Source: an uncultured delta proteobacterium
GTDB taxonomy: Bacteria; Desulfobacterota; Binatia; UBA9968
Assembly: GCA_963847445.1 (NCBI GenBank)
Contig: CAWJZV010000014.1
Span: forward strand, 1-64,000
Direction: 5' to 3'
DNA length: 64,000 nt
Shown: positions 56,275-64,000 of the stretch, in pieces
Position numbering within the stretch: the first letter of the stretch is position 1
How the letters are laid out: every line of letters starts with the position of its first letter
Translations under genes and position numbers: made by a program
The notes under the pieces: generated by a model
What the model saw: only the letters and a program-made list of their open reading frames with translations
Told to the model about the DNA's origin: nothing
Databases searched by the model: none

Positions 56275-57297
56275 ATGAAGAAATCGCTTAGCAAGTTATT
56301 GGTCCTATCTGTCCTATCGGTCTCATTCCTAAGGGCTGCTTCCGCCCAGGACCAGTTCTTCAAAGGCAAGACCGTGCGCGTCATCGTGCCGTTCTCCGCC
56401 GGCGGCGGCTACGATATCTATTCACGCATCATGGGCCGGCACATGGGCAAATACATTCCCGGCAATCCGGTGTTCGTCGTCGACAATATGACCGGCGCCG
56501 GCGGGTTGATCGGCGTCAACCATGTCTACAAAGTCGCCAAGCCCGACGGCCTGACCATGGCGACGCCCATCGGCACGATGTTCGTCGATCAACTGATCGG
56601 CAAACCGGGCATCGAGTTCGACGGCAGGAGATTCGAGTACATCGGCGCGCCGGCGCAGGACACCCAACTGCTCATCGTCCATAAGCGCACCGGGTTAAAA
56701 AGCGTCGAGCAGTGGCTCGCCCACCCGACGCCGGTAAAATTCGGCAGCACCGGCCCCGGCTCGGCCAACGAATCGATCCCGAAGATCGCCAAGGAAGCGC
56801 TCAACCTGCCGCTCCAAGTAGTTTCCGGCTACAAAGGCAGCTCGGTGATCCGCTTGGCATTCAACAGCGGCGAAGTCGACGGCGTCGCCAACGCCTGGGA
56901 ATCGATGGTTTCCACTTGGCCGCAGGAAACTCAGAACGGCGACGCCGTAGTCTTGCTGCAAGCCGCCGGCAAGCGCCATGCCGATCTACCCAACGTGCCG
57001 CTGGTCATCGACTACGCCAGGACGGACATGGCGAAAAAATTGGTGCAAGGCGTGATCAACAACTTCGGCGCCACCGCCCGTCCCTACGTCGTCACCCCGG
57101 GCACGCCGAAAGCGCGGGTCGAGATGTTGCGCAAAGCCTTCATGGACACCATGCGCGATCCCGAGTTCGGCGCCGAGTTGAAACGCGCCAAACTCGATTT
57201 GAACCCGCTCGACGGTGCCACCCTCGATCGCAACGTCCGCGAACTATTCGCCCTCGACAAAGCGCTGATCCCCAAGCTGACTGAGATTCTCAAATAA
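56275..57297 (+). CDS. Bug/TctC substrate-binding protein, paralog of the 46287 gene
   Basis: FFKGKTVRVIVP, AGGGYD, KPDGLT, GATARPY. Confidence 0.9.
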   Translation: MKKSLSKLLVLSVLSVSFLRAASAQDQFFKGKTVRVIVPFSAGGGYDIYSRIMGRHMGKYIPGNPVFVVDNMTGAGGLIGVNHVYKVAKPDGLTMATPIGTMFVDQLIGKPGIEFDGRRFEYIGAPAQDTQLLIVHKRTGLKSVEQWLAHPTPVKFGSTGPGSANESIPKIAKEALNLPLQVVSGYKGSSVIRLAFNSGEVDGVANAWESMVSTWPQETQNGDAVVLLQAAGKRHADLPNVPLVIDYARTDMAKKLVQGVINNFGATARPYVVTPGTPKARVEMLRKAFMDTMRDPEFGAELKRAKLDLNPLDGATLDRNVRELFALDKALIPKLTEILK

Positions 57298-57375
57298 TCG
57301 AGCATCTTGTCGGCGGTTCGAGCGCGGCGATGACTTGAGCCCGGCCGGTCAACCCAATCAGATGGAGGAGTTACC

Positions 57376-58527
57376 ATGAAAAAACTCTCCCCGATCCTGA
57401 TCCTGCTGGTTCTTCTATTCACGGGCTGCGGGCAGTTCGCCGGGCTCCCGTCGTTGATTCCGCGCGAAATCTTGTTTGCCAACCCTGCCAAAAAAGACCC
57501 ACAAATCTCCCCTGACGGCAAACATCTTTCCTATTTGGCGCCGGACAATAACAATCGGCGCGATCTGAGCGATGGCCATTGGATCGTGTCATTCGAGAGC
57601 GACCTTGGATCGACGCATCACTTTGTTTATGACCGCGCGACGAAATCCGCCAATTTCCTGTTCAGCGAACAACCGCAACTCGACCGGGCCAGGCTCGCGG
57701 CGATGCAGCCGATAAAAATTCCCGCGCGCGATGGCCTGGAAATTCACGGCTACCTGACGCTCCCTGCCGGTAGCGACGGCAAGAATCTCCCGACGGTCCT
57801 CTATGTCCACGGCGGCCCCTGGCTGCGCGACCGCTGGGGTTTTCATAACACCATCCAGTGGCTCGCCAACCGCGGCTACGCGGTGCTCCAAGTCAATTAC
57901 CGCGGCTCCAGCGGCTACGGCAGAAAATTTTTGCATGCAAGTTACAAAGAGTGGGGCGGCAAGATGCACGACGATCTGATCGACGGCGTCAACTGGCTTG
58001 TCCAACACGGCGTCGCCGATCCGCGCCGAGTCGGCATCATGGGCGGCTCCTATGGCGGCTACGCGGCGCTGGTCGGCCTGACGTTGACACCCGATGTTTT
58101 CGCCGCTGCGGTGAGCAGCGTCGGCATCAGCGATTTGATCTTCCACTACAATAACTATCCACCCTACTGGTCCCTCGGCAAACCGATTTTTCGCGTCCGC
58201 GTCGGCGACCCTGACAAAGAAGCGGATCTGTTAAAATCCCGCTCGCCGTTGTTTCACGTCGACAAAGCCAAGGCACCCGTCTTAATTGCCCATGGCACCA
58301 ACGACGCTCGGGTCGTGGCCGCGCAAAGCGAACAGATGGTCACCGCGCTACGCCAAGCCAATAAGCCGGTGGAATATTATGTATTTCCGGACGAAGGCCA
58401 TCGCCAATGGCGTCCCGAAAACAAATTTCACTACTATTCGCGAGTCGAGGAATTCCTCGCCAAGCATCTCGGCGGCCGCTTCGAACCCGCTGGCGAAATA
58501 TCCGGCCATTCGGCGATCGCCAAGTGA
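57376..58527 (+). CDS. S9 (prolyl oligopeptidase family) lipoprotein with an apparent in-frame internal deletion
   Basis: LLFTGC lipobox, ISPDG, HGGP, GGSYGG, GTNDARV, DEGH. Confidence 0.85.
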   Translation: MKKLSPILILLVLLFTGCGQFAGLPSLIPREILFANPAKKDPQISPDGKHLSYLAPDNNNRRDLSDGHWIVSFESDLGSTHHFVYDRATKSANFLFSEQPQLDRARLAAMQPIKIPARDGLEIHGYLTLPAGSDGKNLPTVLYVHGGPWLRDRWGFHNTIQWLANRGYAVLQVNYRGSSGYGRKFLHASYKEWGGKMHDDLIDGVNWLVQHGVADPRRVGIMGGSYGGYAALVGLTLTPDVFAAAVSSVGISDLIFHYNNYPPYWSLGKPIFRVRVGDPDKEADLLKSRSPLFHVDKAKAPVLIAHGTNDARVVAAQSEQMVTALRQANKPVEYYVFPDEGHRQWRPENKFHYYSRVEEFLAKHLGGRFEPAGEISGHSAIAK

Positions 58528-58603
58528 CACCACAGGGTATGTTGACCGGGAGGACACGTCTGGTGGTATGGCTTCGAATCCCTTCCAGGACAGGAGCCCC
58601 CCA

Positions 58604-59677
58604 ATGATCGTCGATGCCGATGCCCACGTAGTCGAAACCGAGCAGACTTGGAGCTATATGGATGGCTCCGACAAGAAATTTCGCCCGCAGCTTTTCAGCT
58701 CGGCGGACAATCCCAACATGCAGTATTGGTTCTGCGAAGGTAAATCGGTGGGCTTCCGGCCGCCGACGCTGACCGAGCAAGAGCTGATCGCGTTGTCGAA
58801 GGAAACCGGCCGCCAACTCAACACCGCCGCGGGGGCGCGCGAACTGCGCGACGTCGAGCTGCGCCTAGCGCACATGGACAAGCTCGGCATCGACGTCCAG
58901 GTGTTGTTCAATACCATGTGGATCGCCCGGGTCGCTGACAAACCCGAGGTCGAGATCGCGCTGTGCAGTTCGTGGAACCGTTGGATGGCCGACATGTGGA
59001 AGGCCGGTAAGAATCGCCTGCGTTATTCCTGCGTCGTTCCGGCGATGACGGTCAGCGAGGCGGTGCAGCAGATGCGCTTCGCCAAGGACAACGGTGCGGT
59101 CGCCGTCAGCCTGCGGCCCTTCGAAAACGACCGCCATCTCGTCGATCCCTATTTTTATCCGATCTACGAAGAGGCGATTCGGCTCGATCTCGCCATCGCC
59201 GTCCACATCGCCAACGGCAGCCCGGCGCTGATGGATCAGTTCAAACCGCGCTACGACAAGATGGGCGGCTTCGCCCAGTTCCGCGTGCCGACGGTGATCA
59301 CTTGCCTGTCGGTGATGATGAGCGAACTGCCGAAAACGTTTCCCAAACTGCGCTGGAGCTTCGTCGAAGCGTCAGCGCAGTGGGTTCCCTGGGTGGTCAA
59401 AGAAGCTACTCGAAGAAGCGGCAGCAAAGGCTTTCCCAAATTGCCGTTTAAGGATTTCAATATTTACGTCACCACGGAAACCAACGACGACTTCGACTTC
59501 GTCCTGCGCTACGCCGGCGAAGACAACGTCGTCATCGGCACCGACTACGGCCACACCGACGCGTCCAGTGAAGTAGACGCCATCGATATTTTCCGAGCGA
59601 ATAGCGAAGTCACCGACCCGGTAAAGAAAAAAATCCTCGACGACAACCCGCGCCGGCTGTATGGGATTCAAGATTAG
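58604..59677 (+). CDS. Amidohydrolase_2 family protein
   Basis: VDADAHVVE, MDKLGIDVQV, GTDYGH, DNPRRLY. Confidence 0.9.
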   Translation: MIVDADAHVVETEQTWSYMDGSDKKFRPQLFSSADNPNMQYWFCEGKSVGFRPPTLTEQELIALSKETGRQLNTAAGARELRDVELRLAHMDKLGIDVQVLFNTMWIARVADKPEVEIALCSSWNRWMADMWKAGKNRLRYSCVVPAMTVSEAVQQMRFAKDNGAVAVSLRPFENDRHLVDPYFYPIYEEAIRLDLAIAVHIANGSPALMDQFKPRYDKMGGFAQFRVPTVITCLSVMMSELPKTFPKLRWSFVEASAQWVPWVVKEATRRSGSKGFPKLPFKDFNIYVTTETNDDFDFVLRYAGEDNVVIGTDYGHTDASSEVDAIDIFRANSEVTDPVKKKILDDNPRRLYGIQD

Positions 59678-59866
59678 AATGGCCGCAAAGTACGCATAGT
59701 ACGCAAAAGGGAATCAGTGGGGGACTGTGGTTGCCTTCTGCTACGACTGAGACCAGGAGTGGCTGGAGATAATTTGACATAGAGTCAGCAGTAAAGGAAT
59801 TTGGATTCGTAGGGGCGGGTTTTAAACCCGCCCTTTTTTGCGCCCTTTGCGTGCTATGCGGCCAAT
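59678..59866. repeat. GGCCGCAAAG inverted-repeat pair with an internal GTAG-type REP (59809-59834)
   Basis: TGGCCGCAAAGTACGCA..TGCGTGCTATGCGGCCA; GTAGGGGCGGGTTTTAAACCCGCCC. Confidence 0.7.
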
Positions 59867-60003
59867 CCTAGGATTAACTAGACATTCATCCTGCAGACCA
59901 CAGGTTAGAGGCGAGGCCTATCCGCGCACTATCGAACTTTCGCACTTCGGAGTTTCGTAAAATGGGTCGAGCGCAGCGATACCCATCATTCGCATCATCA
60001 ACA

Positions 60004-60375
60004 TCACCGCCGCACCTGCGACAACGCCTTCCGCATCGGCAAGATTTCGCGGGTCAATGGATTGAGCATGAAACCGAGAGTTTCCAGCGTAACAGCACCA
60101 AGCAAGGCGCCGTCGCCTGCTTCGCCGAGAACGACCGGAGACGTAGCAGCCTCGCCGCGAATCTCGAATCGGCACTCGGATACGCCGCGCGTGATGGCGG
60201 TGCCGTCGGCGAGCGTAAACTCGACCTCGCGTTCCGGTTTGAGCCGCAGCGCTCGCCAGTCTTTCTCCGGCAGCACCGAATAGATCGCGCCCGAGTCGAC
60301 AAGAAAGCGCACGTCGCGGCTAGGTCCTCGGCCTTCAGACTTCCGCAAACGCGCATGGACGTAGGTCAGTCCCAT
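60004..60375 (-). CDS. Clan AA (retropepsin-like) aspartic protease
   Basis: MGLTYV, FLVDSGA, LADG, LLGAVTLE. Confidence 0.88.
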   Translation of the reverse strand: MGLTYVHARLRKSEGRGPSRDVRFLVDSGAIYSVLPEKDWRALRLKPEREVEFTLADGTAITRGVSECRFEIRGEAATSPVVLGEAGDGALLGAVTLETLGFMLNPLTREILPMRKALSQVRR

Positions 60376-60558
60376 GCAGCTAAAAGTATAGTAGCAGTTT
60401 CCCGCGGTCAACTGTGCCATGGACCGCAGACAGTATCGATGGGTTGAGCAGAGCGATACCATCGACTGAATTACAGTGACTCAACTCAAATTCCCATGTC
60501 CAATTTATCGCGTCTAAGCAAGTTCGCCCTCGTTGAAATACGCTGCTGCCATACGGCA

Positions 60559-61835
60559 TCAGTCTTTTCGCCAGGTAAAGGTCACCGCATGATCCTTGTA
60601 TGGACGCAGGTCGAGGGTTCGCGTTCCGACAGGCGTATGAACTCCCAACATTTTGGCTTTCCAGTACGTGACCTTGAGGAGCCGAGGACCTATCGTCGTG
60701 CACTTGAGTCCATCACTTTTTTGTCCCGCCAGGGTTGGCTCCCGTTCGTTGAGACCGATTCCCTTCCACCAACCGCTGCTCGTCTGAACTTGCAGACACA
60801 CCTTGACGCGACCGGACGCGCCGTCGATAGCAGCGCTTCTTATTTCGATCTGATCTGCCCTGTCATCGGTTGTGACGGTTAGCTTCAGTGGCTTCGGCAA
60901 CGGCTTTTTTTCCGGCGGCGGCTTTCGCCGTTTGCTGAGTACCCCGATAGGCGATCTCGCCACGCGGATCGAGCAGCAGATGTCGCCGGGTTGTGATCGA
61001 GATCGACCACAAATGGCGTGTCGCCGCCGGCATTGATGATCTGGTTGCCGGTGCGCGTGAGTGTAATCTCAACCGTACCAATTCGCTGATAGTCCGAGGC
61101 GACACGGACTTTCAATCGGTCTATTTTCGCAACCGTAACCGCAATATCGCTTCGGCTGCTGCCCTTGGAATCTGCAATCACGTCGCCATGATAATTACCA
61201 ATGACAAGATCGGCCAGCTCACCGACCTGTTCAGGCGGCTTTATGCCCTCGTTCGATTTGCTCTCTGAACGCTTGCTTGTCTCGGAGCTATCGATTTGCG
61301 ATCCCGGCGACGAAGTTTGCCATGACCGCAGCGCAAAGGCGAAAAGACCTGCGACGATCACGACGCCGACAATCGCAGGCCATAGCCACGAAGGCTTCCC
61401 GTTTGACTTCGATTCTTTAGGTGATGTCGGTAGACGCGGTGCGGCACTGCCCATCGTGGCCGCGATGCCTTCACACAAGGCGTGAAAGCCACCGTGGGAT
61501 GAATCACCGTCCCAACCGATCAGATCGGCGGTTTGCTTGCGGCGAAACTCCAGCGGCAGCTTCACGTTATCGATCAATGCCGGCACCAGGACACGGCGCT
61601 CCGACGCGGCAGACGCTTCATTCTTGACCCACTCGGATTCAACCGAATGGATCGACCATAGGACAACCACACTCTTGGCAGTTTCCAACTCACGCTCAAT
61701 CACTTGATCGAAAGCCTGGCCGGCGACGATCTTGCGATCCCACCACACCGACCAACCGCGCTCGCCCAGTGCGCTTGCCAGTTTGGCCGCGCGATCGCGA
61801 TCTTCACTGGCGTAGCTGATAAACACATCGGCCAT
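60559..61835 (-). CDS. TIR domain - TM helix - extracytoplasmic domains protein; probably one gene with two indels near 60980 and 60925
   Basis: DVFISYA, GWSVWWD, SEWVKNE; TM WLWPAIVGVVIVAGLFAFAL; removing 2 bases gives one 424-aa ORF. Confidence 0.75.
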
Positions 61836-61845
61836 GGATTACCTC

Positions 61846-61967
61846 ATCAACCGGCATTTCGCGATCGGGGTATGAACCCCGCTCGCGACCAAAGGGGATG
61901 TTCAACTCCCTTTGGAAACCCCAGCAATTTTGTGCCCGCAGCAAGCTGCGGGGAATATTAGATTCAA
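61846..61967. mobile_element. Triple-hairpin non-coding element, copy C
   Basis: Near-identical to 1936-2058; ends 10 nt from the TIR start codon. Confidence 0.8.
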
Positions 61968-62023
61968 GTCGCTTACCCAGCTTAGGTTTCGTTCGCAGCA
62001 AAAGGTACCGGTACTTCGAAAGC

Positions 62024-62410
62024 TCAAATGACCTTGGCCCCTCGATCGACGAGCAGCTGACGCAGCACCGACCGATGGCAGCGCGCTTCATCTTCGCAGT
62101 AGCAGCCAACCGAAAAGTTCGTCTGTTGTGATAGCACCGCGAGCAAATCAATCACTCTGCTATTCTCCGCTTTAGCCATTTCATTGCGATAGCGCTTTAC
62201 GAAAGCCGCCCACTGGCGCTCATCTTCAGCGCGCAGCGCCAGCTTGACCGTCTCCGGCGCGGGCGACAGATTCGGCAACCAGACATCGTACCAATTGCCC
62301 GACGAGAATTTCGACTTGGGAACGCCGCGCGGCGGACGGCGCACGGTGCCGATACGCAGGCCTTCATTGGGAGATCTGTCACTGCCGAGACGGACGATGC
62401 GGATAGCCAT
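62024..62410 (-). CDS. DUF488 family protein
   Basis: VRRPPRGV, WLPNLSP, CYCEDEARCHRSVL. Confidence 0.88.
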   Translation of the reverse strand: MAIRIVRLGSDRSPNEGLRIGTVRRPPRGVPKSKFSSGNWYDVWLPNLSPAPETVKLALRAEDERQWAAFVKRYRNEMAKAENSRVIDLLAVLSQQTNFSVGCYCEDEARCHRSVLRQLLVDRGAKVI

Positions 62411-62564
62411 TTGTTCTCGACTTTCGCGCCGGCAAAAGATGCACTGTCATGCGCGGCTCAATATAGCGCAAACCTGGCGCCCATGAGTAACGCTATTTGA
62501 CATGCGGAGCCGGCTAATTAATAGTCAGCCAAGCCGAAATCATCGCATCAAGGATAGCGCCAGC

Positions 62565-63935
62565 ATGCCCAAAGACCTGCGCAGTTTCATCGCCGAGCTC
62601 GAAGCCAAACATCCCGAAGAAGTCGCACGGGTGACGAAATCCATCTCGCCGCGCTACGAGATCACGGCGTTGCTGACGCAATTGGAAAAGGCCAAACGGT
62701 TTCCGCTGCTCTACTGCGAAAAGGTCGACGGCGGCGATGCGCCGGTGGTGATCAACGCCCAGGCGAGCCGCAAGCTGATGGCGCTGGCGCTGGAGTGTCA
62801 GCCGGAAGAATTGGCGGCGAAGTTCACCGAGCGCCAGGGCAAACCGATTGCGCCGGTGGAAGTTAGCGACGCGCCGGCGCAGGAAGTCGTCAAGCTTGGC
62901 GATGATATCGATCTGGCCAAAGTGCCGCTGCTCACTCACTACGATGTCAACGCCGCGCCCTACGTCACCGCCGGCATCGTCGTCGCGCCCGATCCCGACA
63001 CCGGCGTGCGCAATACCAGCTACAACCGGCTGATGATGGCGGGCAAGCGCGAGCTGCGCATCTTCATGGCCATCGGCCGCCATCTTTGGACGCTGCACAA
63101 CAAGATGGAGCAGCGCAACCAAGCGCTGCCCATCGCCATCGTCGTCGGCGTCCATCCGCTGTTTTCTCTCGGCGCCCAAGCGTTCACGCCGTCGACGGAT
63201 GACGAATACGCGGTCATCGGCGGCATGATGAACGAACCGTTGCGTGTCGTGAAAGCCAAGACCGTGCCCGTGCTCGTGCCCGCCGACGCGGAGCTGATCA
63301 TCGAAGGCAAGATTTTGCCGAATGTGCGCCGCGAAGAAGGCCCCTTCGGCGAGTTCACCGGCCACGCGGTGTCGAAGGACGAACGCCCGGTGATCGAAGT
63401 GACCGCGATCACCCACCGCAAGAATTATATTTTCCAGGACGTCCACGCCGGCTACACCGAGCATAAGCTGATGGGCGCGGTGCCGCGCGAAGCGGCGCTC
63501 ATCCGCGCCGTGCGCCAGACCGTGCCGACAGTGAAAAACGTCTGCATGCCGGTGTCGGGCAACTGCCGCTTTCACGCCTATATTTCAATTGCCAAGCGCG
63601 GCCCCGGCCAGGCGAAGAACGCCATCTGCGCCGCCTTCGCCGCCGACATGCTGCTCAAACATGTCGTCATCGTCGACGATGACATCGATGTCTTCGATGA
63701 AGAACAAGTGCTCTGGGCGGTGTCGAACCGCTTTCAAGCCGACAAAGATTTGGTCGTCATCGCCAACGCCCAGGGCAGCGAGCTCGATCCCTCCGCCGGC
63801 CCCGGCGGCGTCAACGCCAAGATGGGGCTGGACGCGACCAAGCCGCTCACCGGTTTTGCGCCGGAACTGCGCGTCCCCGATGAAATAATGCGGAAGATTA
63901 GACTGGAAGATTTCTTGCCGACTTCGAAGAAGTAA
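62565..63935 (+). CDS. UbiD family decarboxylase
   Basis: KDLRSFI, SYNRL, EGPFGEFTG, VDDDID, LDPS, DATKP. Confidence 0.92.
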   Translation: MPKDLRSFIAELEAKHPEEVARVTKSISPRYEITALLTQLEKAKRFPLLYCEKVDGGDAPVVINAQASRKLMALALECQPEELAAKFTERQGKPIAPVEVSDAPAQEVVKLGDDIDLAKVPLLTHYDVNAAPYVTAGIVVAPDPDTGVRNTSYNRLMMAGKRELRIFMAIGRHLWTLHNKMEQRNQALPIAIVVGVHPLFSLGAQAFTPSTDDEYAVIGGMMNEPLRVVKAKTVPVLVPADAELIIEGKILPNVRREEGPFGEFTGHAVSKDERPVIEVTAITHRKNYIFQDVHAGYTEHKLMGAVPREAALIRAVRQTVPTVKNVCMPVSGNCRFHAYISIAKRGPGQAKNAICAAFAADMLLKHVVIVDDDIDVFDEEQVLWAVSNRFQADKDLVVIANAQGSELDPSAGPGGVNAKMGLDATKPLTGFAPELRVPDEIMRKIRLEDFLPTSKK

Positions 63936-63936
63936 G

Positions 63937-64000
63937 GAGTGAAGGGTGAGGGGTGAGGCGATCGGACCGAACTCCTGACCCTTCACCCCTGACCCCTTAC
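63937..64000. repeat. Inverted GTGAGGG/CCCTCAC-type heptamer arrays, cut by the window edge
   Basis: GTGAAGGGTGAGGGGTGAGG..CCTGACCCTTCACCCCTGACCCCTTAC. Confidence 0.6.

Noticed and set aside
61898-62131. Shared peptide MFNxLWKPQQFC in ORFs 61898-62131 and 1671-2075
   Set aside because: It arises from the triple-hairpin repeat; copy A conserves base pairing rather than the reading frame.

Overview
GC-rich bacterial window. Gene content and repeat types suggest a soil or sediment Deltaproteobacteria-like lineage such as Candidatus Binatia (inference only). A housekeeping block on the minus strand (coaBC, family-4 UDG, nfeD, slipin, queA, tgt, yajC, secD, secF, recJ, an SBP and yhhQ) sits among many catabolic and uptake genes: 4 Bug/TctC and 4 NMT1/SsuA-type binding proteins, 4 amidohydrolases, 2 UbiD decarboxylases, 3 alpha/beta hydrolases, SDRs, a 3-hydroxyanthranilate dioxygenase and a Tat-signal intradiol dioxygenase. 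Many genes, including essential ones, are split by single-base indels, which I read as long-read sequencing error. No rRNA, tRNA, CRISPR array, transposase or integrase was seen. The most unusual signal is non-coding. (1) A ~122-bp triple-hairpin element with compensatory base changes and IS200/IS605-like ends occurs 3 times, twice just upstream of a start codon. (2) A ~220-310-bp element sits at the same position inside TTCACCACGAAGG repeats at three loci, forming nested structures. (3) TTGAAC arrays show a consistent polarity relative to genes. Notable coding findings are a probable TIR-transmembrane-extracytoplasmic receptor, a PAS-HisKA-REC protein with no ATPase domain, and a DUF4143 ATPase bracketed by a duplicated nbaC 3' end.
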